Below, one piece after another: positions 16,718 to 26,102 of a stretch of DNA of 43,435 nucleotides. Both the position numbers and the translations under genes were made by a program. Position 1 is the first letter of the stretch, and the number at the start of each line of letters is the position of its first letter. Under the pieces are notes generated by a model. The model had not been told where the DNA came from, did no database searches, and was given only the letters and a program-made list of their open reading frames with translations. This stretch comes from a virus (lineage: Duplodnaviria > Caudoviricetes): IMG/VR virus record IMGVR_UViG_3300033145_003435, positions 1-43,435 of that record, one strand, 5' to 3'.

Positions 16718-18493
16718 CTATGTCATAGTAACATTCCCGAGCTGCTTTTTAGTTTTCAGCAATATTGCGTTACCGAGCTTATTTATTAAGTCGTCTTCCC
16801 CGTACACGTTTCCGTATATATTGACAACCAGCGGCGGGTTTTTGTCATCAGCCTTGTTGATCGGAGTATTATTGTCGCTCTTACTGCCTACAGCCGGCCG
16901 GTTTATGTCAGTAATCTTGTTGATTGTGTTAGTAATCTTGTTGATCGGAGTATTATTGTCGCTCTTATTGCCTACAAACCTGTTTGCTAGGTTTATTAAA
17001 CCTTGTGATCGCTTTGTGCGTTTCAAAGGAATAGCCATCTCCGGGCCTGCCTCGCCAAAAATAGAAGGCTTTGTTGCTATGCCTCCTCGCGCAAAGGTAG
17101 GTATTTCAGGTATATTTACACCAACTTCTTTTCCGCCTATAACGGGGATCCACTCGGGGACCTGAAAATCTAGTTTGTTAATGCCCCTAATAACTAAGTT
17201 GACACCTGTTATAAGGAAGTTTATAAAGCTCTTAAAACCCGAGGTAACATTATCCCAAATATCAGAAAAGTATTTCTTGATAGGTGCAAAGGCTAACTTT
17301 ATTCCCTCCCACAGCTCTGCTGCTTTCGCTTTGATTTTATCCCAGTTCTTATATAGCAAATACCCTGCCGCGACTAAGGCTACTACTGCTATAATGATCC
17401 ATCCAAGGGGGCTCAAAGCCAGTGTCCCATTTAAGATGAGCCAGACAGTGTTTAGCGCCATTAAAACTGTTTTAGCGATAGAAATAGCTTTTACAACGGT
17501 GTATATGGTACCCGCAATTACCAGAATGAACTTTATAACTTCCTTATGCTTTTTGACAAAATTATAAATTCCTTTTGCGGTTTTTATAATTTTATTCACT
17601 GTTTCTGTTACTTGTTTACCTATTTTTTCAAAAGTACCATCCTGCTGCCACTTTTGGAGCTGATCCGCAGCCTGTTTAATTTTGTCTTTTAGCTGCATAT
17701 GTAAACTGCCCTGCTTTATCGTGCCGTCCTCTTGCATACCCACGATTTTAGCAAGGCTAGATTTTGTCACACCGGTTATCGTACTCCATAACCCCTTTGC
17801 AGTTCCAGCCAGTTTATTTGCTCCGCCCTTAAACTTCTTTTGCATAGTAGCCTGAAGTATTTCTTCCATTTTGATCTGATCCACTACTTGTCCTTTTTTA
17901 TTGAATACAACATCAGCACCGTATTTCTCCTCCGCGGCTAACATTAAGTCATTTTTTTTAATTCCAAACTCTTTTAGTCTTTCCCATTCTCCCATAACAG
18001 CATCAGCCATTGCTTCGGTAGCTTGGTCAATGGATTTATTGGTACCACCAGCCATATCAGCTATATCAGCCAACCATCTTTTGCTACTAAGTCCGTACGC
18101 TTCCATTTTGGCAACTGATCCAACAACTTCACCTGTTTCAAATGGTGTCTTATTTGCGAATTTAACTGCATCTGCCATTAGAATGCCTGCTTTTTTAGTA
18201 TCCTTTACCGCGGTCTCAAGCTGCACCTTATAGCCTTCCATATCAAAAGCTTCTGAAAAGCCTGCCTTAATTGCTAATCCCCCGACTACTCCGACCATTG
18301 CGGTTGCAGCCTTTGCCGTATTTTTCACCATTTTGTCTACCGTTCGGGTGGTTGTTCTGCCCCATCTACGCACCTGGTTCTGTGCCCGTTGCATTCCCCT
18401 GCTGACATTTTGCACATTGTGACTAACACGAACAAGAGGATTTGAAATACGATCCCGTAAGGATAATATAGTTGCTATTTGTCTGCTTGCCAT
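16718..18493 (-). CDS. tape measure protein
   Basis: FANKTPFE tape-measure motif, TM segment, FARGG...GEAGPE. Confidence 0.9.
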   Translation of the reverse strand: MASRQIATILSLRDRISNPLVRVSHNVQNVSRGMQRAQNQVRRWGRTTTRTVDKMVKNTAKAATAMVGVVGGLAIKAGFSEAFDMEGYKVQLETAVKDTKKAGILMADAVKFANKTPFETGEVVGSVAKMEAYGLSSKRWLADIADMAGGTNKSIDQATEAMADAVMGEWERLKEFGIKKNDLMLAAEEKYGADVVFNKKGQVVDQIKMEEILQATMQKKFKGGANKLAGTAKGLWSTITGVTKSSLAKIVGMQEDGTIKQGSLHMQLKDKIKQAADQLQKWQQDGTFEKIGKQVTETVNKIIKTAKGIYNFVKKHKEVIKFILVIAGTIYTVVKAISIAKTVLMALNTVWLILNGTLALSPLGWIIIAVVALVAAGYLLYKNWDKIKAKAAELWEGIKLAFAPIKKYFSDIWDNVTSGFKSFINFLITGVNLVIRGINKLDFQVPEWIPVIGGKEVGVNIPEIPTFARGGIATKPSIFGEAGPEMAIPLKRTKRSQGLINLANRFVGNKSDNNTPINKITNTINKITDINRPAVGSKSDNNTPINKADDKNPPLVVNIYGNVYGEDDLINKLGNAILLKTKKQLGNVTMT

Positions 18494-18510
18494 AGGATCA
18501 CCCGCCTCTT

Positions 18511-18702
18511 CTAACTAGTTAGTGCTTTTAGTCTCATTTCATCATATTTAACTCTTTGCTCCTGCTGGAACATCATTGATTCAAGAAAAAATATTTTTTC
18601 AGACGCGCTTAAATTCAGGAGATAATCTATATTCATGCCCTTGTCGAGATAGTAAGAGATCCAGTACAGGTTGCCGCCTTCATTCCCACTACCTCTTATT
18701 AG
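18511..18702 (-). CDS. -1 frameshift extension of tail assembly chaperone
   Basis: After A-AAA-AAC (18708-18702) the -1 frame reads LIRGSGNEGGNLYWISYYLDKG...KALTS*. Confidence 0.8.
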   Translation of the reverse strand, partial: LIRGSGNEGGNLYWISYYLDKGMNIDYLLNLSASEKIFFLESMMFQQEQRVKYDEMRLKALTS

Positions 18703-19127
18703 TTTTTTATTTCTTGTTCCGCCTGCTCCTGTGCCTTTGCCCCTTCAAAAACATCCATGATTTTACACGCAATATTCATCGCCCCCTGAACTCCAAATAC
18801 TTTAGTAACAATATCTAAGGGGTCCTTAATTTCTAGTGCTTCGTGTAATTCTTTATCCTGCAAAAAATCACAATTCGGATATATCAATTCTTTAGCCGCT
18901 TCAAGCATCATGGTCATATCCTGTCCTGTTACATTCTCATTTTCATCTGTCGTAATAGCATTAGCTACTTTGTCCATGTATGTTAATATTTCATTTTCTG
19001 TTGGTCTTTTGAAGGTGATCTTTCCATAGCCTTCTACTTCAATATCTTTAAACATCAATTTGTTCTTATTTTTTTCTATCGCTTTTCTTCTAAAATCTTC
19101 GAGTGTTAGCTTTTTATTCATATCCAC
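18699..19127 (-). CDS. XkdN-like tail assembly chaperone
   Basis: Between tube and tape measure; ends EIKN on slippery heptamer. Confidence 0.85.
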   Translation of the reverse strand: MDMNKKLTLEDFRRKAIEKNKNKLMFKDIEVEGYGKITFKRPTENEILTYMDKVANAITTDENENVTGQDMTMMLEAAKELIYPNCDFLQDKELHEALEIKDPLDIVTKVFGVQGAMNIACKIMDVFEGAKAQEQAEQEIKN

Positions 19128-19201
19128 GCTCCTTTTTACTTTTTTACAAAATTTAGAAGCCCTAGAATCATACCTAAGGCTTCTAAAAAGTTCTTTTAAT
19201 A

Positions 19202-19615
19202 CTATTGCAACACCTCGTATGCACTTGCCTTTAGCGGCAGTTCTACTTCAGTTATAGCTCTTTTTTCAAATTGAGAAAGCGGAAATTCATCAACTGTAAC
19301 TCCTTCATATTTTACGCGCTCTATTTTTCCAGTAATAGGGTTTTCTTCCTTAATAATCATGCTGATGTCAAGTGTACCGTCCATATCCTCTTTAAGATCC
19401 TGCAATATCTCTTCATTTCCTGTTTTTCTCATGGTTACCGAACCAGCAATGCTAAAACCATTTGGCACCTGTATTATTCCGTTCCCCTCGGGGTCAGGAA
19501 TTTCTTCATAATTGTTAGTGCGTTTCATTTCCGCCTTATAGCAATCTGCATATCTCTTATCATTGATCCATATTTTGCCTTTGTTACCAGTCCAGTATTT
19601 ATTGCCTTTGGACAT
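19202..19615 (-). CDS. tail tube protein (XkdM-like)
   Basis: G..GKIWIN, E.V...GV..DE, E.ELP; follows sheath. Confidence 0.8.
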   Translation of the reverse strand: MSKGNKYWTGNKGKIWINDKRYADCYKAEMKRTNNYEEIPDPEGNGIIQVPNGFSIAGSVTMRKTGNEEILQDLKEDMDGTLDISMIIKEENPITGKIERVKYEGVTVDEFPLSQFEKRAITEVELPLKASAYEVLQ

Positions 19616-19633
19616 CTTCCTCACCCTCTCCTT

Positions 19634-20734
19634 TTACATGTAGATTACAAAGTCCAAATCTTCCATGGTGTTTAGGATTTTTATATTTGCCTTTAGATAA
19701 ACGCTTGTCCCGACAGTCATTTGCATTACTTTTTCATCCGTCCAGCTGTCCACAACTTCTTGGCCATACTTCGGATAATTAGCAATGCGCTGTTTCTCGA
19801 TATCCACCGTGTTCCTGTTTTCAAAGTTTGGATCAAGTAAATTGTCCATTGCCAGGCTTTTGAAATAACCATTTAAAGCGCTTATTAATAGCATTTGATT
19901 GTCTAGGCTATTTTTATATTTCCCTTTATAGAAATTCTTCCAGGTCGTGTATATATCGCTATAGATTAAGTCCATCACTTCTACAATTAGAATAAACTTC
20001 ATCTCATCCGTTACGCCTTCGCTCGTGGTTACTAAGCTATTTACCCCTCTAGCAACCCTTACTTCTCCCTCATCGTTATAAAGAGTAAACTCGCCTAAAT
20101 TAACAGCAGCCTCTATGTCAGCTGGTTCAATTACGTTTTCAAACTTACTAAGAATTTTAGCAATTGATGATATATCTAAGGATAATCCTGCCAGATACCC
20201 TAACAGGTAAGCAATTGCCTTATCCCCGGTTTGACTGTCTCTATCATCCTCGAATGTCACATTGGTATTGGTAAAGTTAACAATATGCATGCAGTCAGGG
20301 GTTGTTGCATCGAATACTAGTGCCTTATACCTCTTGTTGTCATTAGTGTTAGCTGATTTTACAAAACTAACAAGGCCATCATGGTCTGCTGTATCTCCTC
20401 CTGCTATTCCAATCCAGCAATTCATAGGCACTTTGCCCTTAATCTCTGCTAATAGATCCGTTAACACTCCGTCAGTTACACCCATCCTAGCAACAATAAG
20501 TTTTTCAGGAGTACCTTCCAGAGCATCTTTCAGATACTGCAGGTTATCGGCTGAATATTTAACTATTTCTTCACTCGTTAAATCCGCGATACTCGTATAT
20601 TCAGCAAAAGTAAATGTATTATCTGTATCATCTTTTATAATTAATACTGCTGTGCCTTTGCTACCCCGCTGGATAGCACTTACCCCAAGTCCTTCAAAAA
20701 CAATACTGATCTGAGGTAATCCTATATCTGCCAC
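19634..20734 (-). CDS. tail sheath protein
   Basis: GLP.I.I.F, RGVNSL.T, I.IVE.MDLI, MEDL.F. Confidence 0.9.
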   Translation of the reverse strand: MADIGLPQISIVFEGLGVSAIQRGSKGTAVLIIKDDTDNTFTFAEYTSIADLTSEEIVKYSADNLQYLKDALEGTPEKLIVARMGVTDGVLTDLLAEIKGKVPMNCWIGIAGGDTADHDGLVSFVKSANTNDNKRYKALVFDATTPDCMHIVNFTNTNVTFEDDRDSQTGDKAIAYLLGYLAGLSLDISSIAKILSKFENVIEPADIEAAVNLGEFTLYNDEGEVRVARGVNSLVTTSEGVTDEMKFILIVEVMDLIYSDIYTTWKNFYKGKYKNSLDNQMLLISALNGYFKSLAMDNLLDPNFENRNTVDIEKQRIANYPKYGQEVVDSWTDEKVMQMTVGTSVYLKANIKILNTMEDLDFVIYM

Positions 20735-20750
20735 AATACATCATCCTTTC

Positions 20751-21191
20751 TTATTGGTCGTAATCCAAGTTTTCCATTAAAGGCACATCGTCTGGTCTGT
20801 CGTAATCTTCCGACAACTTAATGTCAAAGTAATAATGTAGCACTTTATCGATTATGTCCGTCTCAGCTTCTTCGACCTCCACTTTTGTATTTGTGTCAAT
20901 TTCTATCATGTTTTCTTTCAAAAACAAATCATTGAGATCATCCTGTATATTCAACAGTTCAATCCTATTACGATTTTTATCCTCGCTAAAATAGTACAAT
21001 CTTACCGTTATTTTCCTATCTAATGCCTCTGCCATGAAATCCGCTGCGTTCAAATTATCGAAGGACACAAAAAAAGAAGGTCTTGTTATACCTTCTTCTA
21101 CATTTTCAGATATCACCTCAACTTTGGGGAAAGTGGTTTTCAACCGCATTACTATAGCTTTATGGATGTCCTTATATTTTACAATTTTCAT
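20751..21191 (-). CDS. tail terminator-like protein
   Basis: EGITRPSFFV, D.VLH; position. Confidence 0.75.
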   Translation of the reverse strand: MKIVKYKDIHKAIVMRLKTTFPKVEVISENVEEGITRPSFFVSFDNLNAADFMAEALDRKITVRLYYFSEDKNRNRIELLNIQDDLNDLFLKENMIEIDTNTKVEVEEAETDIIDKVLHYYFDIKLSEDYDRPDDVPLMENLDYDQ

Positions 21192-21203
21192 TTCCTCCTT
21201 TTA

Positions 21204-21629
21204 TCAAAGACCGTGATTGTTCAAAAGATCGTCTATAAAACTTCGGCAGTCCCCAACATACTCATCCTGAAAGGCTTCTTCCGCCTTTTCCATGAAGTGA
21301 GAACCCTCTTTGAAGCCAAACTCTTCTCCATTTTTATCTACAATTCTATGGCCCAAGTCTAACAGATGCGCATGGGGTGCACTATTATAGGCTCTTATAG
21401 CCATAGCAGAATCAAATTCATATGGCTTTCCACGCTTAAAACCTTTCAGGAAATTACCCGTCTTTTTGCCGATGCCAGCCCTTTTGGCTTGTTTTTTATT
21501 TTCCCTTTTCAACTTTGTCCCTTCCTTACGAAGGAACTTTTTTGCGTGTCGCCCATTTTCTAAATCTTTTGCTGCGGATAACAAATCTCTTTCAAAATCA
21601 TCCAAATCATTACGTGCCATATCACTCAA
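21204..21629 (-). CDS. HK97 gp10-like neck protein
   Basis: NSAPHAHLLDLGHR, G.HFMEKA. Confidence 0.8.
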   Translation of the reverse strand: MSDMARNDLDDFERDLLSAAKDLENGRHAKKFLRKEGTKLKRENKKQAKRAGIGKKTGNFLKGFKRGKPYEFDSAMAIRAYNSAPHAHLLDLGHRIVDKNGEEFGFKEGSHFMEKAEEAFQDEYVGDCRSFIDDLLNNHGL

Positions 21630-21951
21630 TCACCTCTTCGCAAAAAATTTCTAATGTTTCATTTTTAAAGTAAGGATTGAGAATATATTTAATATCAAAC
21701 CTATGTCCTTTAAACAGAATGTACATATCTTGCTTTATATCTTTCCCTGCACTATATCTAACAATTATTTTATGTGTAGTGTTAGATAGTATCGTATCGG
21801 CTGGCGCAGATTGTAATTTAGCTGTTTGAGGTATTATGGCTGCCCAGATCGTATTTATTTTAGTATTAATGTAATCTGTTTCGCCTAATTCGTTTTCTAC
21901 TTTTTTCCTACCCCAAATTTCAATTCTGTGTCTTAGCTCGCCCGGGTTCAC
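21622..21951 (-). CDS. head closure protein
   Basis: MNPGELRHRI, WAAI, FDIKYI. Confidence 0.9.
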   Translation of the reverse strand: MNPGELRHRIEIWGRKKVENELGETDYINTKINTIWAAIIPQTAKLQSAPADTILSNTTHKIIVRYSAGKDIKQDMYILFKGHRFDIKYILNPYFKNETLEIFCEEVIE

Positions 21952-22241
21952 TCTACCACCTCCGAATCAGGCTGATAACAATAATTTAGCTGGGCCAACA
22001 TACTTTCTACAATCGGCCTAACCTTGTCACTCGCTTTTCCCACATGTTCCCGGTTTTCATACCAATCAGTCACCAGAACCCAGCAAAAAAGTTTAGCTAA
22101 GTTATTAGTACTGTCAAAAGTATTACCCGTTGCGTTTTGCAAATAGGTTTCGGCAGCATTTATAAGCGATGTTATTAGCACTTCATCTTCGGTATCATCT
22201 ACTCTCAGATATTTTTTTATTTCTTCAAGCGTAATAATCAT
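21948..22241 (-). CDS. head-tail connector (gp6-like)
   Basis: LEEIKKYLRVD..ED.LI..LI.AAE, WYENRE. Confidence 0.9.
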   Translation of the reverse strand: MIITLEEIKKYLRVDDTEDEVLITSLINAAETYLQNATGNTFDSTNNLAKLFCWVLVTDWYENREHVGKASDKVRPIVESMLAQLNYCYQPDSEVVE

Positions 22242-22252
22242 ATACTACCACC

Positions 22253-22855
22253 CTAATAAACACTCCCCAGCGAAATTCTGCGCCAGTTTGTATCGGCCAC
22301 TGTGTTATCATCGATAGCAACGTAAAGATAATTTTCATCAAAGAACGCAGCACCTTTATTTGCCTCAGTTGCGTCAACTCCGCCCATCAAATTAGTTTTT
22401 GCCATCGCAGTAACAATTCCAGCACCGGTATTCTCTGCAGCATTCGCTACTGTTACCAAAGCAGCTGCATTTTCATTAGCTTCTATAGCTGTCTTAATAT
22501 CTGAAGCAGTTGAAGTAATAGCATTTTCGGCATATGCAAGAGTTAGTACAATATCGTTATCTGTTACACCTACAGCTATATCTCCTGCTTCGCCAGGATC
22601 AACGTAAATAATACTGATACTATTACCATCCACACTTTTTGTTTTGGCAGTAAATAAAAGGTCGTTATTGTCACCAGTCAATGCAGTAGTTAGGACTGCA
22701 GCAACTGCGTTTACCGGCGTTTTTTCTTCCAGGTTATCATCAATAATCCCGCCGGATTCAACTTTGATTCTACCGCCGGTCTTAACTAAAATTTCACCAC
22801 TAGAATCTACTACTAACTGGTCTGCCCCCTGGGGTTTATAGATTTTTGCATTCAT
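22253..22855 (-). CDS. putative head decoration/fibre protein
   Basis: 200 aa between capsid and connector; C-terminal YLYVA......WRRISL. Confidence 0.5.
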   Translation of the reverse strand: MNAKIYKPQGADQLVVDSSGEILVKTGGRIKVESGGIIDDNLEEKTPVNAVAAVLTTALTGDNNDLLFTAKTKSVDGNSISIIYVDPGEAGDIAVGVTDNDIVLTLAYAENAITSTASDIKTAIEANENAAALVTVANAAENTGAGIVTAMAKTNLMGGVDATEANKGAAFFDENYLYVAIDDNTVADTNWRRISLGSVY

Positions 22856-22883
22856 AAAATGACTCCTTTCGTCAAAGTAAAAG

Positions 22884-22908
22884 TAAGAGCGGGTTTCCCC
22901 CGCTCTTA
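22884..22908. terminator. hairpin after major capsid gene
   Basis: TAAGAGCGGG-TTTCC-CCCGCTCTTA. Confidence 0.7.
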
Positions 22909-24081
22909 TTAACTAATAGTCAACTGCCCATAAACAACAGCTTTATCATCCCACTTCTTACAATCATCACGAACAATAGTGCGAAGATCAGTAGTATCAC
23001 GCTTGAAAGCATCTCCGCCTTCTTTAGTTGATGCCAGCTCATATTTACCGCGGGTAAAAAGTACAATTAACTCCTTAAAATTCCCCATAATTATTGGAGC
23101 TTTTGCAGTAGGAGGCTCGGAACTTGGCAAGTAACGATTAGCAGACACCGCTACAGGTAAACCTTTGAACAATTTACGTCCAGGCTGGGTAATATCATCC
23201 TGCAGCAAAAAGCGTCCGTTTCCATCGACCTGTTCATCCAGCCAGTTATAACCATCTTGGTTGGTTAGCACAACACCGCCGGCAGTAACCAGAGCAGGAT
23301 CCAAGTCAACATTAATAACTTTTTTAACAGCTTTTAAATCACCCAGATCCTTCTTCTCCAAAGCATTTAGAATTGCAATAATTAACTGATTCTTAGTTAC
23401 TACGTGTTTCTTGCCAATCCATTTACTGATGTATGCCAGAACATTCTGGTCACTATCCCGTAAAAGCTCATTAGTAATCGGCAAAATACCCGCACGTTTT
23501 ACTAAGCTATAGGTAACAGGTACAAATTTAGGATTATCCATCTCACCTATAACTTCGTATTCATCCACAACTCCAAATGGAGTCATATCTTCATCTTTTT
23601 CAAGTACCCGTGATCCAGACAGAGTATTTACATGCTCAACCCGAACATATTTTGAAAGATCGTTCAAAGTTCTCATAATCTTATTGATTTGAGTCTGAAT
23701 ATCCTGCGGCACTATCAGAGTAGCATCACCATCAGGATCAGCTGTCACTCCACCTTCGTGTAGAGTAGCCCTAGTACGGTATTCATTTATAACGCTGTAA
23801 TCGTCAGCACTTACTCGCTGTCTGCGAACTCCCCGAAGAAATACCCGGGTATATTCGGCTTCCAACTCAGCATCTTCACGTTCACCGACAGGAGTACCCT
23901 CATCAAATTTGGGATCTTCTGCTGCTTCCAGTTCCATTTGCATATTCACTTTCTTTTGTAAAGCTCTGACTTCTTCCATAGCGTTTTCAGCATCTTCAAC
24001 TTTATCTTCAGCTAAGAACCCGCGTACTTTTGCTTTCTTCACCTCAAGTTCCTGCAAGAGTGCTCTTAATTCCTTACTCAA
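22909..24081 (-). CDS. HK97-type major capsid protein
   Basis: Coiled-coil delta domain, IVPQDIQTQI, TNELL.DS, TNQDG...L. Confidence 0.95.
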   Translation of the reverse strand: MSKELRALLQELEVKKAKVRGFLAEDKVEDAENAMEEVRALQKKVNMQMELEAAEDPKFDEGTPVGEREDAELEAEYTRVFLRGVRRQRVSADDYSVINEYRTRATLHEGGVTADPDGDATLIVPQDIQTQINKIMRTLNDLSKYVRVEHVNTLSGSRVLEKDEDMTPFGVVDEYEVIGEMDNPKFVPVTYSLVKRAGILPITNELLRDSDQNVLAYISKWIGKKHVVTKNQLIIAILNALEKKDLGDLKAVKKVINVDLDPALVTAGGVVLTNQDGYNWLDEQVDGNGRFLLQDDITQPGRKLFKGLPVAVSANRYLPSSEPPTAKAPIIMGNFKELIVLFTRGKYELASTKEGGDAFKRDTTDLRTIVRDDCKKWDDKAVVYGQLTIS

Positions 24082-24115
24082 TTTAATCGCCTTCCTTTCC
24101 AATAAAAAAGAGCTG

Positions 24116-24835
24116 TTATAGCTCTAACTCAAGCGCCAGGGTTCTTTTTTTCAGCTCTTGTTCTTTAGCTTCTACCTCCTCATCTGGACCCGGCTCCAGT
24201 TCACTTGGTTCCAGGAGTTCCTTCGGTGTGTTTTGGTACCGGGCCAGAATGGACTTATCAGCACAGGCTGCTACCTGTTTGGCTTCCTCAACTTCATCAC
24301 AGAAACCGTATTCCTTACACTCATCAGCAGACAGCCAGGTTTCAGCATTCAAGAGTTCTATCAACTTATCTCGTTCGATACTTGCCTTGCTCTCATAAGC
24401 CTCAACCATGGATCCACCTATTTTATCTAAATCATCAGCTAACTTTCTGAAATCCTTAGCATTCCCCACAGCAAAGGTCCAGGGATTATGGATCATCATC
24501 ATAGCATTCTTAGGCATAGTCACTATATCCCCGGCCATGGCAATAACACTGGCAATACTGGCTGCAACTCCATCTACGTATACCTGCACCTGTGCGTTAT
24601 GCCGCTTTAAAATGCTATGTATAGTCTGCCCGGCAAACACATCACCACCCGGACTGTTGATATAGACATTCAATATATCAATATCACCCAAGGCATCCAG
24701 GTCATCTTTAAACTGTTTTGGAGTAACCTCATCACCCCACCAGGATATATCTGAAATTTCACCGTAAAGCGTTAACTCTCCGGTTTTTTCGTCTTTCGCT
24801 TTAAAATTCCAGAACTTCTTAATCTTTAGCACCAT
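24116..24835 (-). CDS. ClpP-like head maturation protease
   Basis: INSPGGDVF, AASIASVIAMAGD, MMIHNP, ETWL.A. Confidence 0.95.
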   Translation of the reverse strand: MVLKIKKFWNFKAKDEKTGELTLYGEISDISWWGDEVTPKQFKDDLDALGDIDILNVYINSPGGDVFAGQTIHSILKRHNAQVQVYVDGVAASIASVIAMAGDIVTMPKNAMMMIHNPWTFAVGNAKDFRKLADDLDKIGGSMVEAYESKASIERDKLIELLNAETWLSADECKEYGFCDEVEEAKQVAACADKSILARYQNTPKELLEPSELEPGPDEEVEAKEQELKKRTLALELEL

Positions 24836-26099
24836 TATCACCGCCCTTCTTGTTATACTGCTTCCCGGCCATTTCAATGGGCATCATATTACCATTGACC
24901 AGGAGCCGATCACCACCGTCTTTTGCTTCTCTTTCTTCCAACTCTCGCGCTTCATTTGGGGTTAAGAAACCAGACTGAATACCCACCCTGTAACTTTCGT
25001 ACCGGGTTTTTTGATCAGCCCGTAAGATCGCATTAACATTGAAGCGAATATAATACCCTTCATCTAATTCTCGCTGAATAAAAAGCTTGTATGTCAGTTC
25101 TTGTTCGTATCCTGTTAGGTTATCCATCAAGGTATCAATATAAAATTCTTTTTGTTGCTCAGCTATGTTTGTATGTGTAGCCCTCTCCAGATCATTAATC
25201 TGGTGATTCTTTACACCAAAAGCTGCAGCAATCTGTTTAATGGTTAACTGAGTATTCTCCAAAAACTGCGCATCGGCCATCGTTAAGCTGACCGGCTGGA
25301 ACTGGTACCCAATAGGCAGAAGGCTCACCCGATTGGCATTTTTAAGTCCGCTGGACATCTCTTCAAACTTTTCCCGGAAATTATTTTTTGCTTTCTGGTC
25401 TAAATCACCTACATAATGGATTATCCCCTTCGTTTGAAGCCCAGTTTTAAAACTGTTATTGAGGTATTGGCCGGCACTCCCAGCGTTTTCTATGGTGCTC
25501 TTTAACTGCTCCAGTGGAGTCATTCCTACTATTCCGTCACAGGTTAAACCCTTAAAATGCAGTATCTCATCAGGTTTGATCTTGTATTCAGTGCCGTCAC
25601 GGCCTGTATACACGTACCATAAACCTCCATGACCTGGCAGCAAACCTGCATTGTCAACATAGATCTTCATCCGACTACTCTCCAAAGGGTAAAGCTCCTG
25701 CACCCGGCCAGCATTTCGCCCCGTAGCAGCCACATCTATCCAAGCGTAAGCATTACCATATAGATTGCGCTGTACTTCCAAAGCCTTAAAAAAATCTCTC
25801 GCACTCATCCAGGGATTGGGCCGTGTTTTCAGAATTGGTACTAAATAGTGCCCAGATGCACTCTGTTTACCTTCTTTATCCTGATACACTTTTACTGGCA
25901 GCTTTCCAACCGCATCAGCTAGTATCCGGATGCAAGCAAAAACAGTGGCTTCCTTAAGCGCGTTTTTACCCTTGTAATTTGTGGTGGTAGGATCAATTCC
26001 CAGCCACTCCAAAAGTGTAGGATCATTTAACGTTACTGGTACTGCTGTTTCAGCTCTTATCTGGTTAAACCACTTACTCCAAAATGCCAATATGTACAC
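24819..26099 (-). CDS. HK97-type portal protein
   Basis: VFACIRILA, RPNP.M, GNAY, ILHFK, TPNEAR. Confidence 0.95.
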   Translation of the reverse strand: MYILAFWSKWFNQIRAETAVPVTLNDPTLLEWLGIDPTTTNYKGKNALKEATVFACIRILADAVGKLPVKVYQDKEGKQSASGHYLVPILKTRPNPWMSARDFFKALEVQRNLYGNAYAWIDVAATGRNAGRVQELYPLESSRMKIYVDNAGLLPGHGGLWYVYTGRDGTEYKIKPDEILHFKGLTCDGIVGMTPLEQLKSTIENAGSAGQYLNNSFKTGLQTKGIIHYVGDLDQKAKNNFREKFEEMSSGLKNANRVSLLPIGYQFQPVSLTMADAQFLENTQLTIKQIAAAFGVKNHQINDLERATHTNIAEQQKEFYIDTLMDNLTGYEQELTYKLFIQRELDEGYYIRFNVNAILRADQKTRYESYRVGIQSGFLTPNEARELEEREAKDGGDRLLVNGNMMPIEMAGKQYNKKGGDNGAKD

Positions 26100-26102
26100 C
26101 TC

